NCBI GenBank assembly: GCA_003552985.1
Contig: PUPD01000227.1
Span: forward strand, 1-60,098
Length of the DNA stretch: 60,098 bases
Source: Spirochaetaceae bacterium
Lineage (GTDB): Bacteria; Spirochaetota; Spirochaetia; DSM-27196; SLAA01
Direction of reading: 5' to 3'
Part shown: in pieces, positions 42,914-52,006 of the stretch
Layout: the number at the start of each line of letters is the position of its first letter
How positions within the stretch are numbered: position 1 is the stretch's first letter
The notes under the pieces: model-generated
Told to the model about the DNA's origin: nothing
The model's database searches: none
The model's input: the letters and a program-made list of their open reading frames with translations, nothing else
Made by a program: the position numbers and the translations under genes

Positions 42914-44187
42914 CCTCGTTCTCTTTGCCGGAGCTCTTTCTTGTTGTCGATCACCTTACGCACCGCCTCGGCGATCTGCTCCATATCCTCGGATGATCCC
43001 ATCAGAACCCGGTGTGTCAGCGCTACCGATGTGTGGTGAAACGCCTGCTGCGATTCCGGCAGCTCAAAGCGGGCAGGATTGAGTGCATCCCAGTACTCGT
43101 CGTTCAATCGATGCCGCTTCTTGGTCTGCGGGCGATAGAGCATACAATCGTTTAACGGCTGATAGCATGCATTCACGCCGATACCGAGCTCGGCGCTCAA
43201 CGCCTGGCGAAACAAACTCACCGAAATGCCGAGCTCCTTTTCGTCGATACGGAACGCGTAATTGAAGTAGCTTTTCTTCGTCTCACGCGGGTCGTCCTTC
43301 ATTGGGTGACAGCCGGGAACCGCGCTGAGCAGTGAATCGAGGTAGCGACCGTTGGTCTCGCGCGTACGGTTCAACGACTCCAACCGAGTGAGCTGCCCGA
43401 GGAGGACCGCCGCCTGAAACTCGGTGATCCGGTAGTTGCCGCTTTGAATCAGGTCACCTTCTTCTCCGTAATCCCCCGAGCTCTTATCTGTTTCGGTATT
43501 CTCCGGGCGCCGCCCGCAATTGCGCAGAGCGTCCAACCGGTACCAGAGCTCGTAGTCATTGGTGGTAACCGCGCCGCCTTCGCCCGCCGTCATGATCTTG
43601 GAAAGCTGCATACTGAAGCTGCCGATGTCACCCAGCCCTCCGACCCTTATCCCGTTCCACTCCGCCCCGTGTTTGTGCGCGGCGTCCTCAATGACGTGTA
43701 GGCCGTGTCGTCGGGCAATCTCGACAATCGCATCCATATCGGCAATGTTGCCGTACAGATGCACCGGGATCACGGCTCGAGTACGCGAGGTTATCGCCGC
43801 CTCGAACGATTGCGGGCTCATGCACCACGTATCCGGCTCAACATCAACCAGCACCGGCACCGCGTTTACGTCCGCCACCGCGGCTGCAGTCGCCTGCCAA
43901 GTGATCCCCGGAACGATCACCTCATCACCGAAACCGATGTCGAGCGCCTCAAGCGCAAGCTGCATGCTGACCGTCCCGTTCGCCACCAGCAGCGCGTGCT
44001 TCACACCCAGGTACTCCTGGAAGCGTCTGAGAAACTCCTGCTCCTTAGGTCCGTTATACGACCAAACCCCGCTCTCCAGCACCTCAAGCAGCCCAGTTCG
44101 TTCTTCGTCGCCCCACATCGGCCAGGCGGGCCAGGGGCTGTTTTGGACATCGCGGACAGGCGTCCCTCCGTTGATTGCGAGCACCAT
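42910..44187 (-). CDS. DegT/DnrJ/EryC1/StrS PLP aminotransferase, inosose-aminotransferase (StsC/BtrR)-like
   Basis: Start ATG 44187 after GGAGG; IEDAAH, FSMQLSKIMTAGEGG (PLP Lys), NYRITEFQAAVL, ALSAELG..PLND..LYRP..KKR..NPARFELP. Confidence 0.85.
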   Translation of the reverse strand: MVLAINGGTPVRDVQNSPWPAWPMWGDEERTGLLEVLESGVWSYNGPKEQEFLRRFQEYLGVKHALLVANGTVSMQLALEALDIGFGDEVIVPGITWQATAAAVADVNAVPVLVDVEPDTWCMSPQSFEAAITSRTRAVIPVHLYGNIADMDAIVEIARRHGLHVIEDAAHKHGAEWNGIRVGGLGDIGSFSMQLSKIMTAGEGGAVTTNDYELWYRLDALRNCGRRPENTETDKSSGDYGEEGDLIQSGNYRITEFQAAVLLGQLTRLESLNRTRETNGRYLDSLLSAVPGCHPMKDDPRETKKSYFNYAFRIDEKELGISVSLFRQALSAELGIGVNACYQPLNDCMLYRPQTKKRHRLNDEYWDALNPARFELPESQQAFHHTSVALTHRVLMGSSEDMEQIAEAVRKVIDNKKELRQRERG

Positions 44188-44258
44188 ACTTCCCTCCACT
44201 CGATTCGTTCGTCTCGTCAAACCTCATCATACAAGCGCCTCTGAGGCGCAAGCTCGTC

Positions 44259-45266
44259 TTACCTCGTAAGCTCCCGGAACGCGCTCACGAGCTTTTCGGC
44301 ATCCGGCGCATGATAGTCTATCGCCGAATACCACAGGCGAGCGTCACGGACGAAATCGCCCAGCGTCTCCAACGCTTTACGGAACTCGTGGTGTTCAAGG
44401 CCTATCGCTTCCGGGCGGTATTCAACACCCGCCTGGTCCAGCGTCTGCTTGATGGTTTCGGGGGCGTTGTCCTGATGGAGCGACATCACGAGAATTCCGA
44501 GCGCAACAAGCTCGCCGTGAACGAAGTGTCTGCGGGTGATTCGCTCGACGTTGTAGGCGAAGAAATGCTCAGACCCTTCTTCCATCCGCGCCGAACCCCA
44601 GCTCAACGTCAGATCATTGATCGCGCAGAAGCCCTCGATCATCGCGCGAATTCCGACCGGACTCACCTCCCGGATTTCGCCTGCTTGCGCGCTGCAGCAC
44701 TCCATCACTTCCTTCGCGATTCTGCTCACGCGCTCATCACGCACGTCCTGTTCCTGCTCCTCGGCCAGGCGCCAGTCGAACTGTGCGGTGTGGCAGCTCA
44801 AGACGTCGGAGATACCAGCACGGTTGAGCCGCGCCGGCGCGGCCCGCACGATCGGGTCAGAGACGATCACCTCCTTGGGCGCACAGCTACCGATATACTT
44901 CACGATGCTATGCGTCCGCACCGCGATCGCCGGTGTGACCATTGCGTCCACCGACGCGATCGTGGGAATCGCGGTCACGGGAAGCTCGTACGCCCATCCG
45001 AGGTACTTCGCGGCGTCAATCGAAGAGCCGCCGCCGATACCGACGATGCGCCGGGTTCCCGGCGGCAGGCTGAGCGCTCTCAGATACCCGATTCCCATCT
45101 CGCTGATATAGTGAAGCTGCAGGGGCGTTACTCTGATCACGCCCTGGACGAGCTCCCACGGCTCTTCCATCGTGCAAACCACGGCGCTGGGCCACTCGAT
45201 GTGAGCTACATCGTCCTCGAGATTCTCACTGTACCGCACTGACTCTGCCGTTGTTCCGATCATCAC
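44259..45266 (-). CDS. Metal-dependent dehydrogenase, glycerol-1-phosphate dehydrogenase (EgsA/AraM)-like
   Basis: GIGGGSSIDAAK, PTIASVDA, AGISDVLS, GSEH, HGELVALG. Confidence 0.75.
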   Translation of the reverse strand: MMIGTTAESVRYSENLEDDVAHIEWPSAVVCTMEEPWELVQGVIRVTPLQLHYISEMGIGYLRALSLPPGTRRIVGIGGGSSIDAAKYLGWAYELPVTAIPTIASVDAMVTPAIAVRTHSIVKYIGSCAPKEVIVSDPIVRAAPARLNRAGISDVLSCHTAQFDWRLAEEQEQDVRDERVSRIAKEVMECCSAQAGEIREVSPVGIRAMIEGFCAINDLTLSWGSARMEEGSEHFFAYNVERITRRHFVHGELVALGILVMSLHQDNAPETIKQTLDQAGVEYRPEAIGLEHHEFRKALETLGDFVRDARLWYSAIDYHAPDAEKLVSAFRELTR

Positions 45267-45284
45267 CGTCCTCTCTTGCGATCA

Positions 45285-45313
45285 ATTATACCTTACCAAC
45301 CGATTTCTGTCAC
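45285..45313 (-). promoter_or_regulatory. sigma70-type internal promoter for dehydrogenase-aminotransferase-oxidoreductase
   Basis: GTGACA-17 nt-TATAAT with AT-rich upstream DNA. Confidence 0.7.
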
Positions 45314-45375
45314 GACTTAATTTAATATCTAGATTATACTCGCCGCTCGTCTACTCCGGATTGCCGGCTCCGCGC

Positions 45376-46644
45376 CTACTCATTAGCAACACCGCACCAC
45401 CGTGCCGCGGCGACGGCCAAAACTTTGGCACAGGTTACGACCTGCTCGAACTCTACATATTCGTCCGTGCTGTGGATCATTCCACCTTTCGGCCCGAACA
45501 CCATCGCCGGCGTATCGCCGTACAGGACCGGCAACCTCAGATCGCACCCTCCCCCGCCCACGGTTCTCAGATCCCTGCCGGTAAGCTCCCGACTCACGCC
45601 TCTCATTGTGGTTACAAACGGATGGCCCGGGTCGATCTCGGCAGCCTCGAACCACAGCCCGAACCATTCCACTGTGGGCGGGTTGTGTTTCAGCCATGGA
45701 TCCTTGGAGGACCACTCCATCAGAAACCGCTTAAACCCCTCTTTCACGACGTGAATATCCTCGCCCGGCAGGCACTCGATGGTGCCCTCCATGACGCACC
45801 GGGACGGGACCGTGGAAGGCCACTCACCACCCCTGATGGTGCAGATCCCGAGCGGAGCCTTGGTGACGCCGTACTCGTCGTAAAGCGGGTGACGAGCTAC
45901 GGACTCGCGCATGATCGAATACTCCTCGATCGCCCGAAAAACCTCCATCGCTTTTCCGATAGGGTTCACCAGCTCATGCTTGTACTCCGTTCCGCCCTCC
46001 TGCCCCGGGACAGTGATGCGAAAATACTGAGCTCCGCGACTCGACACCGCCGCCTTGTCCAGGCCGGTCGGCTCGGTGAAGTTACACGCATCGGCACGGT
46101 AGCCCCTGATAACACAAGCCAGCGTCCCGTTTCCGCCGCTCTCCTCATCGACCACGCTCTCCAGTATCAGATCGCCGCGCAGCCTCACCCCGGCTCGCAT
46201 TAGCGCCTTGAGTGCACTGATATTGGCGACGCATCCGCCTTTCATGTCGGCGGCTCCGCGTCCGTATACTCGCCCGTCAACGAACTCCGCACCCCACGGA
46301 TCGAAGCTCCAGGCGGTTTGAGTCCCGGTCGGCACTACGTCGACATGCCCGTTGAGGATCAACGACCGTCCCCCGCCGGTTCCACGGGAAACCGCCACTA
46401 CGTTCGGCCTGTTCCGATAGTCGAGCTCCACCGGCACGTACGCTGGGTGTGCCCGAAGCTCTTCATCCGGAGGGTCCCAGACGTCGAGATCCAGATCCAT
46501 GCTTCGCAGCTCACGTTCCACAATCGCCTGTACGTCCGCCTCGTCGGGGTGCAGAGACGGCGTGCGAACTAGTTCCTGCAGGAGCGCCAGCATTTCGTCC
46601 CGTTGCGCTTCGACTGCCGCCAGCACGCGTAACTGCCATTCCAT
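45376..46644 (-). CDS. M20 ArgE/DapE-family deacylase
   Basis: Start reset to ATG 46644; LNGHVDVVP, GRGAADMKGG, DEESGG, TEPT, HSTDE. Confidence 0.9.
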   Translation of the reverse strand: MEWQLRVLAAVEAQRDEMLALLQELVRTPSLHPDEADVQAIVERELRSMDLDLDVWDPPDEELRAHPAYVPVELDYRNRPNVVAVSRGTGGGRSLILNGHVDVVPTGTQTAWSFDPWGAEFVDGRVYGRGAADMKGGCVANISALKALMRAGVRLRGDLILESVVDEESGGNGTLACVIRGYRADACNFTEPTGLDKAAVSSRGAQYFRITVPGQEGGTEYKHELVNPIGKAMEVFRAIEEYSIMRESVARHPLYDEYGVTKAPLGICTIRGGEWPSTVPSRCVMEGTIECLPGEDIHVVKEGFKRFLMEWSSKDPWLKHNPPTVEWFGLWFEAAEIDPGHPFVTTMRGVSRELTGRDLRTVGGGGCDLRLPVLYGDTPAMVFGPKGGMIHSTDEYVEFEQVVTCAKVLAVAAARWCGVANE

Positions 46645-46645
46645 C

Positions 46646-47452
46646 TCAGTTGTCCACTGCTGCATGCTCGAACCAGTCATCCAATGCCCCGAAGCGCAAC
46701 ACACGAAAGGGCTCGGCTGCCGTAACGCCGCAGAGACCGCCGCTTCGGTGTCCCTGTTCACGGATGATCCGAGCGATAACGGGTTCATAATCGCCTTGGT
46801 GGGCCTGCTCGATCTCAGGGACGCTTCGGCCCCAGGTCTTTGTCTGCAGCCACAACTGATGCACGATGTGCGTCATCATCAGTTGATGAGCACAGGCCGC
46901 ACGAATCTTGGTCTCAACGAGATCTGAAATGTCTTCGTAGCGGTTCACTTCAAGCAAGCGACGCGCGAAGTACCAGCGCTCGCAAACTGCGTGCGGTTCC
47001 AATCCCGACTCGAGGTGCTCGGGATGGTGTTTGTCGAACATTGCGGTCCAGAACGCCTCGTCTACCGCCTGCGCGATACGTACGTGGTCCTGATTGTTCT
47101 CATACAGGACTCCATACGGATCAAACGAGAATACCGCGTAGGGCCGGTGCTCGCGATAGAGCCGGATAAACCGCTCGCGAAGCTCGACCTCCGATACCTC
47201 GGCCAGGCAGTCCGAGGGGTAACCAAGCTCGACGATCTCGGAAACCCCGAGAATACGGGCCGCCTCGGCAAACTCAGCCGCGTTACGCTCGATCGTCTCT
47301 TCAACGCCCAGCGCCACCGAGTCCTTGTCGTCGATCGTCACTCTGACGACCACCACGTTCCACCCCTCGCGCGCACGCTTTGCGAGCGTGCCGCCGCAGA
47401 ATAACGCCGCATCGTCGGCGTGCGGCGCAATCATCATCAACGTTCTGCTCAT
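46646..47452 (-). CDS. PIG-L/LmbE-family de-N-acetylase (3), variant motifs
   Basis: APHADDA, E..EAARILGV, FDPY..YENNQDH (first His of HxDH absent). Confidence 0.8.
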   Translation of the reverse strand: MSRTLMMIAPHADDAALFCGGTLAKRAREGWNVVVVRVTIDDKDSVALGVEETIERNAAEFAEAARILGVSEIVELGYPSDCLAEVSEVELRERFIRLYREHRPYAVFSFDPYGVLYENNQDHVRIAQAVDEAFWTAMFDKHHPEHLESGLEPHAVCERWYFARRLLEVNRYEDISDLVETKIRAACAHQLMMTHIVHQLWLQTKTWGRSVPEIEQAHQGDYEPVIARIIREQGHRSGGLCGVTAAEPFRVLRFGALDDWFEHAAVDN

Positions 47453-47470
47453 AGACTCTTACACTCCTTC

Positions 47471-48958
47471 CTAAGCACGCAAAACCGGCGCACTGCAGAT
47501 CTCCTCAGCGGTATCAAGTAAAATCTCGGTTGCTTCCGGAGCCAGGTCGTTCGCTATGGTCTCGTACTTTCCCCACCAGTCGCGTTCCCCAAACTGCGTG
47601 GGGTGCGGCAGATACTGAAAATGACTGTTGGCATACCCGATCACGAATCCGAGGTCAGAGGAACAGCGACGCTGCCAATCTCGGCCCACGGCAACCAAGG
47701 GCTCGCCCGGCAATGCGACGAACCGGAACTCACCGAGTTGCATAACCTGAACCGGAACCAGGTGCTTCTGTGCCGCATCGCGCTCGCAACGCGAGCGTAT
47801 CAAACGGTACCGACAGACTGCAGCCATGAGCCGGCACATCTCCGATTCGGGTAACCTTCGCCTGATTACGACCTCCGAAGCTCGCGCCCAGAGCGCGGTA
47901 CTCTCCAGGTGGGCATCTGCGGTCGTCACACCGGTCTCCGCACCGAGGAACTCCATGATGACCGTCGCCTCGTGCGTCAGCTGCTCCTGGAGCTCATCCG
48001 CAGACCAGCCACTTCGGCTCGCGTCGCCGGAATGCGCACGCGCCCGCAGTGCGGCCCCGGAGCCCAAATAGGCGTCGGCGATCCGGCACTCTCGCTGGAC
48101 GCACCGAGGCTGCGAATCAGTTACCGGAGAGGCGTCCGCGATGACCCGGATAACCTCTGCGGCCAGCCGGCCTCCAAGATCGGCCGCTTCGTCATGCAGA
48201 ACGTCGGCATACCCACGCGGGTCGAGCGCATCGGCGTTTGGGCGACTCCGCGGTATTACGTCCCCGGAAGCTACGTTGACAAACAAGGCGACCGTTCCCG
48301 GGAATGCCCGCTCCACTGCCGACTGAGCGTGACCCGGGTAGTCGGCGCTGATCGCCATGTTGCGCCATCCGAGCGTCACGGGATGGCAGGCGCATCCGAA
48401 TACCACCGCGACCGGCAGGGACGAATGCCGTTCCACAATCTGAAGAACCGGGATTCGGTGATCCACGTCGTTCGGCCTTCCGCGGGTCCGGCGGTTACGC
48501 ATAAGCTCCGCTTTTCCAACACCGGCATGTAGCCGAGCCGGGCGCGCGGTTTGCACAGCCTTCAGTCCGGTCCGGACCACCGCCTCCGTCAGCCCGTTCA
48601 AGTACCGGCGATGCCGCTCATCGCGCGGCCTGAGGTCCGGTCCTGAATGAGTATGCGACGCTGCGATGCAGATCGCCTCACTGGAAACCGCAGCTTGGCT
48701 TGCGAGCCTCTGCTTAATCGCGCGAGCCAACGAGCCGGGTACATGGATAAGATCAAGGCCGATCAATAACAGGCTGCCGCGGGGGCCTCCGAGATACACC
48801 GCTTTTGCGCTGAGGGGATCAAGCACACCGCTGCTCGGCGAGGTCCGCTGTCCGAAACCACCCATGTATAACTCTTCTCGCGGAGTGATGTCCGTCCAAG
48901 CGCTCCCGGCAACGAGCTCTGCCCGACCCGCCATGCTCGCCATACTATAGATCCCCAC
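47471..48958 (-). CDS. Neutral/alkaline ceramidase-like hydrolase (2) with a long central insertion
   Basis: DITP..MGGF..R, ASHTHSGP, ACHPV, ISADYPG, LPGEP, GYAN..YLP; start codon uncertain. Confidence 0.75.
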   Translation of the reverse strand: MGIYSMASMAGRAELVAGSAWTDITPREELYMGGFGQRTSPSSGVLDPLSAKAVYLGGPRGSLLLIGLDLIHVPGSLARAIKQRLASQAAVSSEAICIAASHTHSGPDLRPRDERHRRYLNGLTEAVVRTGLKAVQTARPARLHAGVGKAELMRNRRTRGRPNDVDHRIPVLQIVERHSSLPVAVVFGCACHPVTLGWRNMAISADYPGHAQSAVERAFPGTVALFVNVASGDVIPRSRPNADALDPRGYADVLHDEAADLGGRLAAEVIRVIADASPVTDSQPRCVQRECRIADAYLGSGAALRARAHSGDASRSGWSADELQEQLTHEATVIMEFLGAETGVTTADAHLESTALWARASEVVIRRRLPESEMCRLMAAVCRYRLIRSRCERDAAQKHLVPVQVMQLGEFRFVALPGEPLVAVGRDWQRRCSSDLGFVIGYANSHFQYLPHPTQFGERDWWGKYETIANDLAPEATEILLDTAEEICSAPVLRA

Positions 48959-49000
48959 TCATATATAAACTACATATTGCGTTAATTATTATATGAATGT

Positions 49001-49029
49001 ACTATTAAATAGAAACCGGATTCTGTCAA
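49001..49029 (-). promoter_or_regulatory. sigma70-type promoter for the hydrolase operon
   Basis: TTGACA-17 nt-AATAGT in a strongly AT-rich divergent intergenic region. Confidence 0.5.
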
Positions 49030-49080
49030 CCGGTTGGTGACGCACTATCGCCGGTTTTAGATATTTTAGACTTTGAAAGG

Positions 49081-50322
49081 ATGGTGCAACGAATGCAGCG
49101 GGCAAACATGCTAATCGGCCAGTCCGGCGGACCCACCACGGTCATCAACGCCAGTCTGGCGGCTGTGGTGGAGCACGCGCGCCGGTCGGAGCTTGTCGAC
49201 CGCGTCTACGGTATGCGCTTCGGAATCGAAGGACTTCTGAGCGGGCACCTTATTGACCTCACCGGGTTGTCGACCGAGCGCCTTACGCGCCTGGCACGAA
49301 CTCCGTCGTCGGCTCTCGGCTCTTCGCGACACAAATTGAGCGATGACGAGCTGCCGCAACTCCTTGAGCAGTTGCGTAGTTTCAACGTCCGGTACCTGCT
49401 CATGATCGGTGGGAACGACACCATGGAGACCATACAGCGCGTAGAACAGTACTGCGCCGAAGAGCACTACCCGATTCATGGGGTCGGCATCCCCAAAACC
49501 GTCGATAACGACCTGTTCGGAACCGATCACACCCCGGGGTTTCCCTCAGCGGCGCGTTATCTCGCGCTCTCCGCACTCCAGGGCGGGTGCCTCGCCCGCG
49601 ATATGCGGCGCGTAGATCAATACCTGATCCTGCAAACCGTCGGACGCGACGCCGGTTGGCTCCCGGCCGCCACCGCCGCCGCCCGGCAACGGGAAGGTGA
49701 TGCTCCCCATCTGATCTACGTGCCGGAAGTGCCGATGAACCGGGATGCGTTCCTCCGGGACGCAACTGATTGCATCGATCGTCACGGTTGGGTATCAATA
49801 GTCTGTGGCGAGGGGGTTGCCTGGGACGACGGTACGCCGGTCTCAGCCAGCGCAACACTCGACCGTTTCTCGAACATCGAGTACGGCGCAATGGGCGGAA
49901 CCGGGGCTGCGCTGCATCTGCATCGGATTCTCGCAGAGCACACCGGCTTGCGCGGCGAATTCCAGATTCCGGAGTCCTTGCCGATGTGCGCCGCCGATCG
50001 AACCAGCGAGATCGACCGCAAAGAAGCGGCCGCCTGCGGCCGTGAGGCTGCTCGCCTCGCGCTCTCCGGCGCCTCCGGCATTATGGTTGGAATGAAACGT
50101 CGATCCGGCAGCTATGCTGTGGACTACATTACCGTGCCGTTGCAGGAGGTCGCTCGGCGGACTAAACCGATGCCGCCCGAGTATCTCGCCGGAGATAAGC
50201 GAGACGTCTCACCGGAGTTCCTCGCGTATCTGCGCCCGCTCATCGGCCCGCTGCCCGAGCACGAATCTCTCGACGACCTCGAACGGTCGTGGGCAGAGGC
50301 AGCCCGCAAAACCGACAGATAG
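49081..50322 (+). CDS. Phosphofructokinase family, predicted PPi-dependent
   Basis: GQSGGPT..INASL, IGGNDT (Asp) and PKTVDND (Lys) are PPi-type signatures; VGR replaces MGR. Confidence 0.85.
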   Translation: MVQRMQRANMLIGQSGGPTTVINASLAAVVEHARRSELVDRVYGMRFGIEGLLSGHLIDLTGLSTERLTRLARTPSSALGSSRHKLSDDELPQLLEQLRSFNVRYLLMIGGNDTMETIQRVEQYCAEEHYPIHGVGIPKTVDNDLFGTDHTPGFPSAARYLALSALQGGCLARDMRRVDQYLILQTVGRDAGWLPAATAAARQREGDAPHLIYVPEVPMNRDAFLRDATDCIDRHGWVSIVCGEGVAWDDGTPVSASATLDRFSNIEYGAMGGTGAALHLHRILAEHTGLRGEFQIPESLPMCAADRTSEIDRKEAAACGREAARLALSGASGIMVGMKRRSGSYAVDYITVPLQEVARRTKPMPPEYLAGDKRDVSPEFLAYLRPLIGPLPEHESLDDLERSWAEAARKTDR

Positions 50323-50326
50323 GAGC

Positions 50327-51337
50327 ATGAGCATGAATCTACAGTCCGAACAGTACCGGCGCTTCAAGCTGGTTCGTGAAATGGAGCAAACCGGAAACGT
50401 CATCTCCGGGCTGAGCCGTGACCAAATCGAGCATACCCCGGTACGCTATCCGAAGATCCTTTTGACCGGCGAGGGTTCTTCGCGCATATTCCCCGGCAAG
50501 CATGCGGTCAACGACGCGCACCGCTTTGGGTATCACGATCAGGTCTTCACCGAGACCGCCGCGAACAGCGCCGATCTCGACCACACCGGCGAGAGCCTGT
50601 TCGTCGCGTCCAACTCCGGCCGCACCGCCGAATGCGTACGCCTGATCCGGCAGCTTGAAGAGCGCTCCGACACACACACGGTCGGACTAACGACGAATCC
50701 GGACTCTCCCGTCGCGACCGAGTGCGACGCACACTACATACTCACCTGTGGAAAAGAGGAGGCGGTTGCAGCGACCAAGACCGTCGTGGAGCAGGCGTTG
50801 TTCCACGACATTCTGTTGCGCTCGCGCAACGGCCGGACACCTGTGGAGCTCCGCGCCCTTGCCGAAGCGTTTCGCGACACGTTGGCCGCCACGGTACCCG
50901 AATCCGTGCTCAGGCCGCTCGCGGGCGCATCGCTCGTCTACTTCACCGGGCGCAACGACGGGGTTGCCGAGGAACTGACGCTCAAAACCAACGAGATTAC
51001 GCGTAAGAAGGCTGACTTCCTGGAAGGAACCTACGCCGTTCACGGCATCGAAGAGGTCATGGACCCTGGCGAGGCGGTGGTGCTGATTGACCCGCCTGCA
51101 AACGAGGAGCAGAAGTTCAAGGAGGTGTTACGGGAGGGTGTAGGTGTGTCGGTCATTGCAATCAGCACGCGAGACACCGCGTTCCCCACCTTCCGGATTG
51201 CCGATGCGGGCGAGCTCCAGCCGTACCTCCTGCTCGCCGCCGGCTGGAACCTGCTGGTTGAGCTCGGACTTCAGCTGGAGGTAGATCTCGACAAACCCCA
51301 GCGGGCGCGCAAGGTGGGCAATGAGTTTGTAGGGTGA
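50327..51337 (+). CDS. Double-SIS sugar-phosphate isomerase/deaminase (GlmS C-terminal-like)
   Basis: Start ATG 50327 after AGGAG; TGEGSS, SNSGRTAE, EEAVAATK, ELTLKTNEI, DLDKPQRARKV. Confidence 0.8.
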   Translation: MSMNLQSEQYRRFKLVREMEQTGNVISGLSRDQIEHTPVRYPKILLTGEGSSRIFPGKHAVNDAHRFGYHDQVFTETAANSADLDHTGESLFVASNSGRTAECVRLIRQLEERSDTHTVGLTTNPDSPVATECDAHYILTCGKEEAVAATKTVVEQALFHDILLRSRNGRTPVELRALAEAFRDTLAATVPESVLRPLAGASLVYFTGRNDGVAEELTLKTNEITRKKADFLEGTYAVHGIEEVMDPGEAVVLIDPPANEEQKFKEVLREGVGVSVIAISTRDTAFPTFRIADAGELQPYLLLAAGWNLLVELGLQLEVDLDKPQRARKVGNEFVG

Positions 51338-51423
51338 CTCCGTGGGCGCCGGCACCCCCGGGTTCAAGCCGAGCCGGTTTCCACCAAGCCCGCCTCAGCC
51401 GGGCGCGCCTCGGAACAGCGCGC

Positions 51424-51930
51424 TTAGGCGAAACGTTTGCGAAGGTCGCGAACCCACGCGCTGATACGCTTCTGGGTGAGGTCGGGCTGGTTGTCCTCGT
51501 CGATCACGAGCCCGAGGAACCGGCCGTCGCGCACCGAGCCGGAACCGGTAAAGGCGTAGTTCTTGACCTCGGTTCGACCGACGAGGCCGGCGCCGCACGC
51601 ACTCACCTTGTCTGCCATCTGCCCCATCCAGCCGGCGAACGTATCCGGATAGTTCTGTTGGTCGCCCACAGCCAGGAGCGCGACCCGTCTGCCAGTCAGA
51701 TCAAGCTCATCGAAGGCCGGAAAGAAGGCTTCCCAATCGTCCTGAAGATCACCGGTGCCCCAGGTGGAACCGGCAAGAACCAGATTGCGGTACGCGAGCA
51801 TCTGCTCCGGCGTCGCCTCAGCAATGTTTAAGAGATCCGCCTTGTCATGCCCGAAGGTGTCACGCAGCCGCTGCGCGACATCACGAGTGTTGCCGGTGGA
51901 CGACCCGTAGAAGATGCCGACCTTATCCAT
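51424..51930 (-). CDS. Long-chain flavodoxin
   Basis: GIFYGSSTGNT, STWGTGDLQDDW, GDQQNYPDTF, FLGLVIDEDNQ. Confidence 0.93.
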   Translation of the reverse strand: MDKVGIFYGSSTGNTRDVAQRLRDTFGHDKADLLNIAEATPEQMLAYRNLVLAGSTWGTGDLQDDWEAFFPAFDELDLTGRRVALLAVGDQQNYPDTFAGWMGQMADKVSACGAGLVGRTEVKNYAFTGSGSVRDGRFLGLVIDEDNQPDLTQKRISAWVRDLRKRFA

Positions 51931-52006
51931 GCCAGAAACCTCAAGTCGGAGAGAGTCTTGCCACGTCGTCGATTAATGGAGACGATACCCAATTGGTCGG
52001 ACGCTG

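Noticed and set aside
37076-48958. Aminoglycoside antibiotic biosynthetic cluster
   Set aside because: No glycosyltransferase, clear DOI synthase, exporter or resistance gene; importers and ROK repressors favour catabolism
51338-51427. Weak 15-nt periodicity between the SIS gene and flavodoxin (ARLSR-ARLGT-ARLG in a shadow ORF)
   Set aside because: Too degenerate and short to call a repeat; GC-rich convergent spacer
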